Below, piece after piece: positions 1 to 12,333 of a stretch of 64,000 nucleotides of DNA. The position numbers and the translations under genes are program-made. Source of the stretch: Squalus acanthias (lineage: Eukaryota); contig CM059433.1 of assembly GCA_030390025.1 (NCBI GenBank), positions 20,524,001 to 20,588,000 of the forward strand, in the 5' to 3' direction. The notes beneath the pieces were generated by a model that saw only the letters and a list, made by a program, of their open reading frames with translations, was not told the DNA's origin and did no database searches. Each line of letters begins with the position of its first letter. The first letter of the stretch is position 1.

Positions 1-329
1 CCCTTCACTTATGGGATAAGTTCCATATTCAAAAGCATGAATATCTTTTGTATATAATCTTTAATTTGCCAGACTAATAGCAGGAGAAATGCAATATTAG
101 GGATTTAGAGCTAAAGGATTGTGTCTAAAAACATTGCTCCTTTAACTAAATGATGCTAAATAATACAGAACTACATATGATTAGCAGTGTGATGAGCACA
201 TTATGGCAGATTATCACAAGTACAAGTAACAAAAGTAAGTATTTCAATTGCTAGATTGTTTTACTAAACTATTTTCTGATAGCTGATGAGTGTATTTGAC
301 TAATGCATAAGCCTCAGCAATAAATACCT

Positions 330-1250
330 ATGTAAACTTATGCATTGATTTAGATTCAAAATCTCGGTGCAAATTAGTCAAATTTCAGATGATGCCAAAT
401 TAGGAGAGGCAGCTCAGAAATTAAAAAATATATAAATGGGCAGAACAACGGCAGATGAAATTTAATGTGAACACTGTAAAGCACTGCGCAAAAGAAGAAA
501 AATGGGGTGACAAATATACTCCATGAATAGTGTTGTAGTAGCTAAGAATATAGGTCCTGAATTTGTAGTCGGAGGCTTCATTAAACACTTAAAACAAAAT
601 TTTTACTTTTTGAAAAATAAATGTAAACATTTTTTAAGGGGCCAAAAATAACACAAACTAATTTTAAAGGATTTTGAATGTTAAAATGATTTTTTAATTT
701 TATTTGGATATTTATTTTCACCCTTATGCTGGTAAAAGAAGGCCTTACGCCTCCTTTTACCAGGTGTAAGAGTTTCATGGGCATTCGCTGGGCAAGAGCT
801 GGGCAAATAGCCCAACTCTCCGCCCACGGATGTCCATTTCCCGGGGATGCGGATGATCTGTCAAGAAGATTCTTGACAGGTCGCAAGTCCCGGGTTTTCG
901 CGCATGCGCAGCACATGCGTAAGCCCGGAACTTGCGGGTCACTTACGGCCGCATATGCACCGCATACGCAGTCATAGGCCCCGGAAAATCCGGACTAATG
1001 TTGAAAGAGACGTAAGAGTCTGAGTAAATTGAACACTCAACATGTCCAACCAAAGTAGAGCAGCAATTAACAAAGCCAATAAAATATTGAATCATATAGC
1101 CAAAAGAGCAGAGTATAGTTGGAGAAAATCATGATCCAACTATGAGTGCTGTGGTCAGATCACACCTTGAGTACTGTGCTCAGTTCTGGTTTCTAAGCCA
1201 CAAAGGATACTTTCAAATATAGGGAGCAGAGTAGAGAAGAACCACACAAG
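330..1250 (+). mobile_element. Old CR1 LINE ORF2 (RT C-terminal) remnant, split by a MITE at 553-995
   Basis: Decayed KFADD-like motif (aaatttcagatgatgccaaattagg), 'cagatgaaatttaatg', 'cacaccttgagtactgtgctcagttctgg' (PHLEYCxQFW); many stops. Confidence 0.75.
553..995. mobile_element. Harbinger-like MITE
   Basis: Imperfect terminal inverted repeats (gtcctgaattt / aaaatccggac); interrupts a CR1 remnant; related to 2045-2553. Confidence 0.65.
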
Positions 1251-1269
1251 AGCGGGAGCAGAATAGAAA

Positions 1270-2045
1270 GGTCTTGGGAGATTCAACAATTAGGGGGGTA
1301 GGCGGTATCCTCTGCAATCACAATCAGGAGTCTAGGAGGATGTGTTACCTGCCCAGTGCCAGGGTAAAGGATACTTCGAAATGGCTGGAATGGATCTTGG
1401 CAGAGGAGGGAGATGAACCAGTTTTTGTGGTCCATGTCAGTGCTCACGACGTGAGGAAGAACAGGGAGGTGATCTGCTAAGGAAGTATCAGGAGCTAGGA
1501 CCCAATATGTAAGAAGACCAACAAGGGAGGAAGCACTGCTAGACCAAATGGGAAATGAACTGGATCAGATAAGAGAATTAAGCATGAGAAAACATCGAGG
1601 GAGTAGTGATCACTATATAATAAGGGTTAAGATAATGATTGAGGGAGATATAGATAGTACAAAGATCAAAGTAGAGACTGGAAAAAAGCCAACTATGAGG
1701 GACCGAGGATGGAGCTGAAGGAAGTAAACTGGAGAAAATATTGGCAGATAAAGAGGCAGAATAACAGTGGACATAATTTAAAGAAGAGATCAATAGAGTT
1801 CAGGGGAAATATAGTCCACTAAAAATAAAGAACCAACTAGCCAAGAATGAGACACCATGGATAATTAAAGAGGTGAGGATAAAATCGACTCGAAAGAAAA
1901 AGCCATATGCAAAGTACATAAACAATGAATTAGAAGACGATAAAAGGGAATATGATGAGCTTACGAAATAGGTAAAAAGACAATTAGGAAAGCAAACAGG
2001 AAATATGAAATGACAATATCAAAGAATATAAGAAGAAATAATGGC
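1270..2045 (+). mobile_element. CR1 fragment: ORF1 SGNH-esterase remnant plus ORF2 pieces
   Basis: ORF 1274-1480 GDSTIRG...CYLPSARVKD...FVVHVSAHD resembles the esterase at 14.6 and 31.5 kb; downstream decayed ORF2 sequence. Confidence 0.75.
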
Positions 2046-2553
2046 TCTTTTACCAGCATAAGAGTTTAAAAAAAGTTTTTTTTTTAAATTTCACTCATTT
2101 ATAATTCAAAAATACTTTTAAAAAAGGTAAGTTGATTTTTAGCCCTGTAAAAAACTTTAATTTTTTTTCTGAAAAAATTAAATTTCTGTTTAAAATATTT
2201 AATTTAATGTAATTTTAACTAATTTTAAAAACATGATTTAAAAAACATTATTTAATGTTTTGATGTTTTTTCATTGATCTCCATTCATACTTTTGACGGG
2301 TCTAAGCTGAGAGACCTGTCAAAAGTATGAAGGGAGATTCCCTTCTTCCGTTGGCTCCCCATAACCCACGTGATCCCAGGGACGCTTGCAAACTGCATGT
2401 GCCCCTGGGATACGTGGGCCCTGCTCATTTCGTTGTGGAGAGGCCCAGGAGCGGAAATGGCCGGACCTCTGGAGCCCTCAGGTAAGGGCGTAGATTTTTT
2501 TCCAGATCGGAGGCCTCCGCACGCAGGAAGCCTCCAATCGGAAAATACGGGCC
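2045..2553. mobile_element. Truncated Harbinger-like MITE, same family as 553-995 in opposite orientation
   Basis: 'cttttaccagcataag' is the reverse complement of a segment near 722-738; end 'cctccaatcggaaaatacgggcc' resembles the 553 terminus. Confidence 0.55.
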
Positions 2554-3319
2554 AATAAATTATTCTGCTACTTGACTTGTTATTGTAACATTTTTGCCAC
2601 ACGTTTTGTACCAGCTTTTCCATTAAAAATTCTTCTATCCATAGTTCTTATGGGTTTTGCCTATGTAAATCTATCACTCTAATTATGCAATTGGACCACT
2701 GGGTTCTGACAATTCTCTCAAAATGTTATATGATTTTTCTTCACCTGCCTATTTTCAAACTCAAGTAACAAATTTCTGAAGTCCAAAATAAATGTTGCAA
2801 CAAAATACATTTCACAGGATGCATAAGTGTTGTTCAATCAACTGTCCCGATGCAATATTAGCTTCTTCGTCTTCCTGCTGAATAGATTCATTGAGCTGAA
2901 ATTGATATTGAGTGTTTTTTTTAGAGCCTGTGTCAATGTCTGTGTGTGACAGAGTGTGAAAAAATGACAGTACTAATTATGCATCCATTGTAGCTTTTGT
3001 GTTGCATGAACTTCAGAAAATTAATTATATGGGGCGGGGGAATGAGCAAGAGATTGTCTTCGTTCATGCTAAATTGAATTAAAAAAAACCACCAGTTGAA
3101 TTTCTAAGATGACTAATTATCTCCACCTGCCGTTGTTAATATTTGGAAAAGGTCAATGCTAATGGCTTACACGTTTGAGACAGAGGTTCTAATTTCTAAA
3201 ACCTACGTGACAAAGGGAGAGAGAAATCATTAGTGAGAAAGGCAGATATATGGGTCTTTCCTCATTCTAGTTCATTTCCTTAAAAGAAGTTACATTTTGA
3301 AAACATGCAATGCCTCTTG

Positions 3320-3910
3320 AGGGAAATGGATAGGAAGGGAGAGTGGAAAGGTTCTGAGGAAGAGAGATTTAAGAGAAAGGGAGAGTGGATTTGAGGGAGG
3401 AGTTAGAGAGAGAAGATTGAGAGAAGAAGAAGAGATTCAGAGAGCAGTTGAGAGAAAGATAAAGGGGAGTTAAGAGAAAGGGGCTTCAGAGGGGTAGATT
3501 GGGCTAGAAAGAGGGGTAGGTTGAGAAAGGTAGATGAAGAAAGGTGCAAGTACAAAGAAAGGTGCAAGTACAGAGAAAGGCAGACCAATAATTTCTGTCC
3601 TCATTCTAATTTGATTTCTTTTTTTCTTAAAAGGTTGAATTTTGAAGGAAAACTAAGATCCTTTGATGGAACAGATATGAGAGGAGGGGAAGATATAAAC
3701 TGGTTTAGGGTGAGGGGGCTTTTGGCCTCTCATCACCTGCCATGGAGGAGATGAGTAAGAGTGAATGGAGAGTTAAGGATGAGGTGAGCAGAGCAAGGAA
3801 AAAGAAGAATGGAATGGGTTGAGTGAGTCATTCATAGGGGAAGAGCTAAGGGTAGTGATGGGATGGTAAGAAGGGAATGGGTAGTGGGTAGATGAAGGGG
3901 TAGGGGACAT
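3320..3910 (+). repeat. Purine-rich low-complexity tract with an 18-bp tandem duplication
   Basis: GA-rich strand bias; aaggtgcaagtacaRaga twice at ~3542-3577. Confidence 0.6.
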
Positions 3911-4129
3911 GAGCAATCAAAGGAATGGAGCAAAGCACAACAATTTGCATTTATAAGTGAAAGGATGGGAATGGTGCCACTGTGAGCCACATTTTCCTCA
4001 CAACCGACACCTGAAATGTAGCTTACAGCTGTTGAGGGCTCCTTTCATCACCACACTGCATCATACCACCCATCACTTCCCACCTGAAATAAAGGAGAGT
4101 AGCAAAAGACATAGTAAAGACACTGAAAA

Positions 4130-4690
4130 GTGTGGATGAGCAGAGAGACTTAGGGATTCAAAAACATAATTCCCTGAAAGTGCAAGTAGATGAAGCCATA
4201 AAAAATAGAAAGCTTCATTTGTAAATAGGGACATCATATTCAAGAAAAAATGAGCAATTTATTCAAAACATTGAACACTGTTAGAGTACTGTGCACCATT
4301 TTAGGTGCCCCATTGTAGAAAGGACATTAAAACCATCAAGAGGTTTCAATTGTCACTAAGAGAGTGAGGAGAGAGGTTAGGAGAAATGTATTAACAGAGG
4401 ATTGTCGGAGCATGGGATGTTTTGTCACAGGAGTATTAATAAAAAAAGTAAGACTTGCATTTATATAGCGCCTTTCATGACCACCGGACGTCCCAAAGCG
4501 CTTTACAGCCAACAAAGTACTTTTGAATTGTAGTCACTGTTGAGGGAAAACTGGATAAATATTTAAGGCAGAAAAAAACACAGTGCTGTGGGGAGAAACA
4601 GGGGCAATTAGTTTTGGGTTTGTTCAACAAAGAGTCGGCACAGACACAATGAGCCAGCTGGCTCCTTCTGTGCTGTAAACATGTTCTATC
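4130..4690 (+). mobile_element. Old CR1 3' fragment with an inverted DeuSINE tail inserted at ~4445-4540
   Basis: 'agagagacttagggattca', 'ttagagtactgtgcaccattttagg', tail 'ggcctccttctgtgctgta'; SINE tail 'gacttgcatttatatagcgcctttc'. Confidence 0.65.
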
Positions 4691-5080
4691 TAGTATATTT
4701 AACCGGACACAAGAGGGCAACAAGTAATTTTCTTTTGGAATAATGACAATGCCTTAATTATATCACTTACAACAACCAGGGACTTTTCCCTGCAAATAAA
4801 TAATCGGCATTTATAAATATGACAATTCTACTAAATTGTTCTCCCTGCGTCAGGTCTTCAGCTGATTTCTCACCCATCTCCTGGTTTTACCTTGAATTCA
4901 CATTACTTTTAGTAGCAGCCTTTTATGTGAAACTTCGGCAAATGCTTTTTGGGAGTTTCAGTGTATCGTATTGTAGGGCTTTCCACAGTCCACTTAGGAT
5001 ACGACTTCCTCAAAGAAAAAATCAACATTAGCTGCTATTTCCTGGCAGGTGTCAGCCATGGCTCAATGGCTAGCACTCTT

Positions 5081-5330
5081 TAGCGGAGCGGCAATTAATT
5101 TACTGTTCAGTGTGTCCAGATTCGTGATTGTGCAACTTAGGAATGCTCTGTTTTATAGGTGGAGGAGAATAAACCTAAAAGAGTATTTTAAATATCGGCT
5201 AAAAGATCATTATAAGGCTCAGTATTTATTCGGAAAGGAATTTAAGGATGGCATTTTTTGATCTGTTTTTAAAGTATAATTGATTAATATACGTCCTGGG
5301 AGACAAATTAAACTTTAGTTTTTGATGCTA
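5081..5330 (+). mobile_element. Possible Tx1/L1-clade ORF2 C-terminal fragment
   Basis: Translation AINLLFSVSRFVIVQLRNALFYRWRRINLKEYFKYRLKDH resembles the C-terminal helix region of L1/Tx1 ORF2 (from memory). Confidence 0.45.
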
Positions 5331-5434
5331 ATAAGTGGTGGAGGAATGACTGCGGAGTGGCAGAATGGTGGTGAGGTTGTTTATGTTTTAGTCATAACTT
5401 TGTTCCTGTTGCTGGAAACTGGTGAAGGGTGATG

Positions 5435-5790
5435 AAACATAGAAGATAGGAGCAGGAGTAGGCCATTCAGCCCCTCGAGCCTGCTCCGCCATTCAATGCG
5501 ATCATGGCTGATCATCCAAATTCAGTACCCTGTCCCTGCTTTCTCCTCATATCCCTTGATCCCCTTAGCCTTAAGAAATATATCTAACTCCTTCTTGAAT
5601 ATATTTAATGAATTGGACTCAACTGTCTTCTGTGGTAGAGAATTCCACAGGTTCACCACTCTCTGGGTGAAGAAATTCCTCCTCATCTCAGTCCTAAATG
5701 GCTTACCCCTTATCCTTGGACTGTGACCCCTGGTTCTGGACTCCCCCGCCATCGGGAACATTCTTCCTGCATCTAGTCTGTCTAGTCCTG
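5435..5790 (-). mobile_element. CR1/HER1 LINE 3' end
   Basis: ORF 5522-5761 FPMAGESRTRGH...FRTEMRRNFFTQRVVNLWNSLP; tail 'tggcctactcctgctcctat'. Confidence 0.92.
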
Positions 5791-6129
5791 CACCGTCAGA
5801 GGTGCCATCTTTTGGATGCGACGTTAAACCGAGGCCCCCTCAGGTGGACGTAAAAGATCTCATGGCACTATTTTGAAGAAGAGCTGGGGAGTTATCCCTG
5901 GTGTCCTGCTCAATGCCTCAAACAACATCAGTAAAAAAAAAACAGATTATCTGGTCATTATCTCATTGTTGTGTTTGGGACCTTGCTGTGGTGTGGCTGC
6001 TGCATTTCCTACATTGCAACAGTGATTGCACTTCAAAAGTACTTCATTGGCTGTAAAGCGCTTTGGGATGTGCTGAGGTCATGCAAGTCTTTCTTTACTA
6101 GGTTATTATTGCACTGATAATTCTACAGT

Positions 6130-6660
6130 GTACTCCTGTTAATTCATTCCTTTGTTTTACCCAGATTTGATGTGAGTTTGATGACTCTATACATCTCTGG
6201 TTATATTTTCATACTCATTTTTGAACAGGAGTACCACATTAGTTTTTTTCCAATCCACTGAGACCTCCCAACATTCATCAACTCTCTCAATGACCATCAG
6301 CACTTCAAAAGCCTTATTCTTTGTCTCTCTTAATACTCTGGGATAAAACTTAATTCATTTATTTGTTTTGAGCTTGTTTAACTTTTGCGAAGACCTCAAT
6401 CTGATTTATGTTGAACTTGCCTGTTTTCCTTATACCTACTGGTGACGTACCTTAGGGTATTGCTGCAAATCAAAGATGTTGTATTAATGCAAGATGTTGT
6501 CATTGATCCTACTTGGATTATAACTGATCATAGGGGGCATGCTACCTCATGAATAATGAGAGAAAATAAAAACCTTAATATGGTATTTCAGGTATTTTTT
6601 TCCCCTCAGAATCCTCCATTTTGGCCCTATCAGCGTACTTTGTTTTTTTTAAATCTTTTC
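6130..6660 (-). mobile_element. Highly decayed CR1 ORF2 internal fragment
   Basis: Minus strand encodes G-x-S-V-D-W-K followed by 'aatgtggtactcctgttcaaaaa', like the pre-RT VPxDWKxANxxPLFKK motif. Confidence 0.5.
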
Positions 6661-6825
6661 TCTGGCTATCTTATTACTGTGATAGTATTGAAAAAATTCT
6701 GACTAGTTATGTTTGAATAATTCAAATAATGTACAGAACAGAAGGTTGACTGTATCTCTGCACTATAGTATATTGGTGCTGCAGGATTGCATTTTCTGTG
6801 TTACAGAGTATGAAGACACGGAGAA

Positions 6826-8574
6826 GGGGGGAATTTTTTGGGGGGTCAGTGGGCGCCTTTGGTGGTGGGACGGCTGAGAAAAAAATAATTTTGACAGCGG
6901 GTCGGGACCCCTGCTGTCAACCCGCCACCACGCAACTTTCCCAGAAGTCGGGTCTATCAGGGCTGAACAGACCCAACACACAGCGGTGGGGGAGGCAATT
7001 CAGGTCATTATGACCTTGTTAACAGCCCATTAAAAAGTATTTTGAGCTCACCTTTACATTTTACGAGGTCGCCCATGGGGTCCACGCTGCTCGGGGATCA
7101 CATCAGGTAAGCAGGGCGGGAGTTGTATGATCATGGAATCATCTCATTACTTGATAGCTGCAAATGTGCTATAAAAGCTCCCATCTCACAGCTGTTCACT
7201 TTCCAAGCTCAGAAGCTGTTGCTTACTGCATTTGGAAGACAGATTGAGCTTTATGCAGGTTGCAAGTGTTTGGAGAAAACTCTCTAACTAGTGTCACCTC
7301 ATTGGAACAACCTCTCTCACCATTGACAGATCTATTACATCAGCATCGGTGCCCTTGAAAATATCTCACCTTAGTCCTCAGAATCACACCACAATCAACC
7401 CCAACACCAGCAGCACCGGGCACACCAGCAGCACCAATAACGCCAACCTTCTCCGCAATCAACTGATGCTGCACAGGACACAGGGCATCAGCATCTGACC
7501 ACATTGCTGCCCGGGACACCAGGGATGACCTCACCATGGTCAGATTTACTTCACTTGGCGCTGTACACCCTGGCTGCATGCGCCAGGTTGGCACCACCCC
7601 ACACTAACACCATAAAGCATCGCTACAATGCCCAAGCCATTCCTTTCACACTCATTACCATTGCGGGGGTTACCGTTATGTCTCACCATTCACTGCAACT
7701 CACTAAGCCACTTCCAAAGGTGCACACAGATCTGTCCAAAAACGCAAAGTGTTGAAAATAAAGGTTTCAATGTTTGACACCACATTAACAGAAACTTTAC
7801 ATGAACATTGCATAAAACACCCAACTGCCTAACCTTGTGTGTTGTTAGTTGGTATGATTAGACTAGGATGAGGTGAGTGTGAGGGGTGGCTAATGAGATG
7901 GGGAAGTGATAATGTAGATAGAGAGGGATGGGTGGGTGGAGGTGCAAGGTAAATTGGTGTGAGTAAGGATGTGCAGGAGTAGGGTAGGGAAGGCAGAGTG
8001 ATGGGGATGTGATGAGTGACACAGCAGGATGAGGTTGAGTGTGGCTTTGCAGTAACGTTTCGTGATCTACTGAGATCATTGAATGGTTTGTGGCACTGCA
8101 GCCTGGTCCTCCTTATGACATCCCTGCTTGTGTCCTCCTGTGCAATGTGCAACCAGGCTGCGTTGGTCTCCTGGGGAGGTCTCTTGCCCATGGGAAGGGA
8201 AGAGAACCTCCCTGCGTGCTGTGACTCCCTCCATAAGCATATGGAGGGAGTCATCGGAGAGCCTGGGTGCAGCTGTGCACCTTTGTGCAGTGTTTGTCAG
8301 TGTTTGCAGCACCTCAATGCTGTAGAGCACTGACAGAACAACTGTCAAAATCAATATGCGCATGGTCCCTTTAAGGAATCTGGCTGATGACGCGTCTTCA
8401 AATAACGTCATCAGACCCGCTTCCTTCAATTGGCTGGGAAACACGCTGGGCGGGCTTAACAAGCCCAACGAACGTAAAATAATTCTACACAGCGGGCTGG
8501 AGCCAGCAGTGGGATTGGGACCCGCCACTGACGTCGCCTGCCCCGGACCCGCCGAGGTAGGGGAAATCGCGGCC
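6826..8574. mobile_element. Internally deleted PIF/Harbinger DNA transposon with a Myb/SANT gene remnant
   Basis: GC-rich termini (ggggggaatttt / gaaatcgcggcc); Myb/SANT-like coding remnant on minus strand; shares a subterminal motif with the MITE at 10673-11416. Confidence 0.7.
8060..8300 (-). pseudogene. Frameshifted Myb/SANT-like DNA-binding protein exon of a Harbinger transposon
   Basis: Two frames join to APRLSDDSLHMLMEGVTARREVLFP../GKRPPQETNAAWLHIAQEDTSRDVIRRTRLQCHKPFNDL, the W..IA....RT..QC.K.F.DL trihelix pattern. Confidence 0.8.
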
Positions 8575-8811
8575 TTCATCTTTAAAACTAGTATCGGTTC
8601 CAGTCAGCTGACAGTACAGGAAGGCATGGCCTGTCATGGAAGTGTGTTGTTAGTCATTTCAAGGGAGCGTCAATTAAAATGCAATTAATATCCATTTCAG
8701 GAACCAGCTGGGATGTAAAATTTGATATGGGTGTGATTGAATTTGACAATGAAAAGCAAAGAACAGTCCATGTGTTGTGAGGGTTTGAATTCTATTATGA
8801 GGAGAATCTTT

Positions 8812-8974
8812 GGGGCAGAAATGCATCCATGGTAGCGTAAAATGGGCAGTATCGCATTGGCCGCCCATTATACACTCTGCCTTCAATAGAGCTGAATATC
8901 GGGTGGGGTGTATAACAGGCGGTCAGTGCAACCCTGCCTGTTCAGCGTCACCACCCAAGACAAATTTCTACCCC
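8812..8974. mobile_element. Short hairpin MITE (Harbinger-type)
   Basis: ttt|ggggcagaaat...atttctacccc|ttt: terminal inverted repeats with a 3-bp TTT flank. Confidence 0.75.
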
Positions 8975-10672
8975 TTTGTCCAAAAATGGACATCTGCGTC
9001 TTGTAAAGTTTGAGATCGTTTCGGCCCCAAGACCTCTAAACAAGTGCAGACAATTGAGATTTATTTCTTACAGTGTATTGTAAGCATCATAGCTCTTGTT
9101 TGTTTATCTTTTCTTAAATTGGTCTCAGGGCTGCTTCTAGCTTTGTAGCAACAACTCTGGCGCGTAATGTAAGTGCAACTGTGCATTTTTCAAGAGCTTT
9201 AACCAATGAGAACTCATCCTCTGTGACTTCCTATCATCCAAATTGTATTACAGTGGACCTCACTATAACACTTTGCTTGGGAGTCAGCCAAATATCTCAT
9301 TATTGGGAGGTGAATAGTACAACAAGAGTCTCATTGATTCCCTGTACAAGCAATTGCAGAGGCAATCAATGGCAACTCTTCGAACATACATCCTAATGAT
9401 TATATTTTGTATTGGTAAGTGCACTTCTAGATGTAAAATTTGGCCAGATTATCTCCTTGTACCTTCCCTCCTCTCCCCACCCACCTCCGATCCATTTATC
9501 GGGAACTGATTGAAAAAATCCAAGTTTCTACCTTTGCCTCTGGGACGAGCAACGCTGTACACTTTCAGCTATTATGTGCACTTAAGCTAGCAGGGAGCAG
9601 AATGATAGGCAAGCTCAATTGTGCCTGAACCTTTCATGCAATGCATCTGACTGGATAATAAATCTATTATATTGTACTGAGGGCCTATCTTTTTAAATCA
9701 TTGCACTCTACTTCTATTCTTGAAATCGTTTCCTTTTGTTTTTACATAGGGTATACAGCACAGAAACAGGCCATTCGGCTCAACCAGTCCATGCCGGCGT
9801 TTATGCTCCACTCGAGCCTCCTTCCGTCTTTCCTCATCTAACTCTATCAGCATAACCCTCTATTCCCTTCTCCCTCATATGTTTCTCTAGCCTCCTCTTA
9901 AATGCATCCGTACTATTCGCTTCAACCACTCCCTGTGGTAGCGAGTTCCACATTCTCACCACTCTTTGGGTAAAGAAGTTTCTTCTGAATTCCCTATTGG
10001 ATTTCTTGGTGACTGTCTTATACTGATGGCCTTTAGTTATGCTCTTCCCCACAAGTGGAAACATTCTTTCTGTATCCACTGTATCAAAACCTTTCATAAT
10101 TTTAAAGACCTCTATTAGGTCATCCCTCAGTCTTTATTCAAGAGAAAAGAGACCCAGCCTGTTCATCCTTTCCTGATATGTATACCCTCGCATTTCTGGT
10201 ATCATTCTTGTAAATCTTCTCTGCACCCTCTTTAGTGCCTCTATATCCTTTTTATAATATGGCGACTAGAACTGTACACAGTACTCTAAGTGTGGTCTAA
10301 CCAAGGTTCGATACAGGTTCAGCATAACTTCCCTACTTTTCAATTCTGTACCTCTAGAAATAAACCCTAGTGCTTGGTTTGCAATTTTATGGCCTTGCTA
10401 ACCTGTGTCGCTACTTTTAGTGATTTGTGTATTTGTACTCCTAGACCCCTTTTTTCCTCTACCCTACTTAGACTCGCGCCCTCCAAGTGATAAGTGACCT
10501 CCCTATTCCTCCTACCAAAATGTAATACCTCACATTTATCTGCGTTGAACTTCATTTGCCAATTATATGCCCATTCTGCAATTTTATTAATGTCTTCCTG
10601 TAATTTGTTGCAGTCCTCCTCAGTTTTGACAATCCCCCCCAATTTGGTGCCATCTGCAAATTTTGAAATTGT

Positions 10673-11416
10673 GGGGGTGATTTTGCCAGTCCTGGGGAGG
10701 CGGGTTTGGAGGCGGGACTGCCGGGAAAATGGCAGAATCTGGGGCGGGTACCCATCCTGCCCCCAACCCGCCGGGTCCCGTCTCCTGGAGGCAGGAAGGG
10801 GATTACAGCCACTTAACTGTCATGAGGATTATCCCCATTTTTCCACCAGAGGCGTGGGCTTCCTGACATCAGGAAACCCCGCCAGGGTCACCGAGGCGAG
10901 CAGTGGGTCTGCGGGGGTCTGCGGGGTGCAAAAATGCGTTGTGGAGGTAAGTGATGGGTGCAAGTGTGGAGAGGTAAGTATGTGAGGTGAGTGAAAAGTG
11001 ATAGAAAATGTTTACTTACCTTTGCTTCTTCCTGCAGGCTTCAACAGTTGGGGAACCGGAGACTCCCGCATCTCACCGGCAGAGATGACAGATGGCTGCT
11101 GCATTCTCCGATGCAACAGCTATCTGCTTTCTGCTCAGCAGATAGGTTTGATGAGTTTTGAATACAAGGACTCATCAAACAACAGAGAATGTCAGTGTTT
11201 GACAGCTTCACAGAGCTGTCAAACGATGACAATCATACGCTGACGTTCTCTGTAACCGGCTTCCCCTTAATTGGCCTGCTAAGCCCGCTGGGCGGGCTTA
11301 ACAAGGTCAATCAAGGGAAAATAGCGTGGGTTGGCCAAAAATCGATGGAGTTGGGACTAAATCCCAACAAGCAGCAGTCCCGCCTCCAATGCGCCCCCAT
11401 TGGCAAAATCACCCCC
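10673..11416. mobile_element. Harbinger-type MITE, 744 bp
   Basis: Perfect 16-bp terminal inverted repeat gggggtgattttgcca / tggcaaaatcaccccc; TGT on both flanks; removing it restores the CR1 sequence. Confidence 0.9.
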
Positions 11417-11440
11417 TGTGTTTTTGATTCCAAAGTCTAA

Positions 11441-12333
11441 GGGGTAAAAATTCACTTGGTTGCGCCTCCCGTTAGCGCCTTAAGAGGGCGCTAATGGGGC
11501 GCAAAGCCGCTAACGCCCGGGCGCAGCGATGTTTGCGCCGCTCGAGAACTTAACTTGAGATTGTGCGGCGGCGCTAAAACTTACCGCTGCGACCACCTGC
11601 GCGCGCAGATTGTGACGTCATTCCATGGTGCAACGCCCTTGTGGCGCCCCGTAGCGGAAATTGAGTGGCGCCCCCTGCCTTACCGCCTGGCGCTTCCTAC
11701 GACCAGAAGACTGGAACGCTATCAATCGCTGTGGGGCTGGGGGGTGCGCTATTTAAAGGGGGCCTCTTCCTGTCTTTTATTGTTGGTGGCATTTTTGAAC
11801 TACGCATTCTGAGAGAGAGAGGGAGAGACTTCTGGAGAGATTCAACGTTGTGTGAAGGAGTTTTGGGTACTGAGCAGCACTTTGCATGTTCATTTTGATT
11901 TGCCATTCCTTGTATCGATTTAGCAGAGACTGTGGGAGCTGCACTCTGAGCTCTTTGCCTGGTACGCTCCATTGTTCTTTCCAGCACATTTGATGTGCAA
12001 GTCTCTCCAGGCCGAGATTCAAGGCAGCAATGAACAGGATGTGGATGGAAAGCAAGATTAACCATCCCCTTTAAGAACTGGCCCGTGCCATTGTGTGTGT
12101 GTTCCATTGCTTACTGACATTACATGAGCTTCGCCAGCGCTCCGAGTTAGCGCCTCACTGCTCGGCCTTTGCGCCTTAAGAGAGGTGTGCAGCGCCTGCT
12201 TTAGCGCTCCACTCACCTCCCGGGGCGGTAAAAGTGAAGTTTCCTGTCAGTGCCGATAATTAGCGCCAGGCGCTAATATTTGCGTCCGGACGATATTTGC
12301 GCCCCAAATGGGGCGCGACCTAATTTCTACCCC
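11441..12333. mobile_element. Harbinger-type non-autonomous element, 893 bp
   Basis: taa|ggggtaaaaatt...aatttctacccc|taa; CpG-rich subterminal repeats (tagcgcc/ggcgcta). Confidence 0.9.

Larger units (their letters stand above)
5048..6097 (+). mobile_element. SacSINE1-like DeuSINE: head 5048-5080, body 5789-6097, interrupted by two insertions
   Basis: Head 'gtgtcagccatggctca...tagcactctt'; Deu-like core 'gaggtgccatcttttggatg...ttaaaccgagg'; L2-like tail. Confidence 0.75.
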
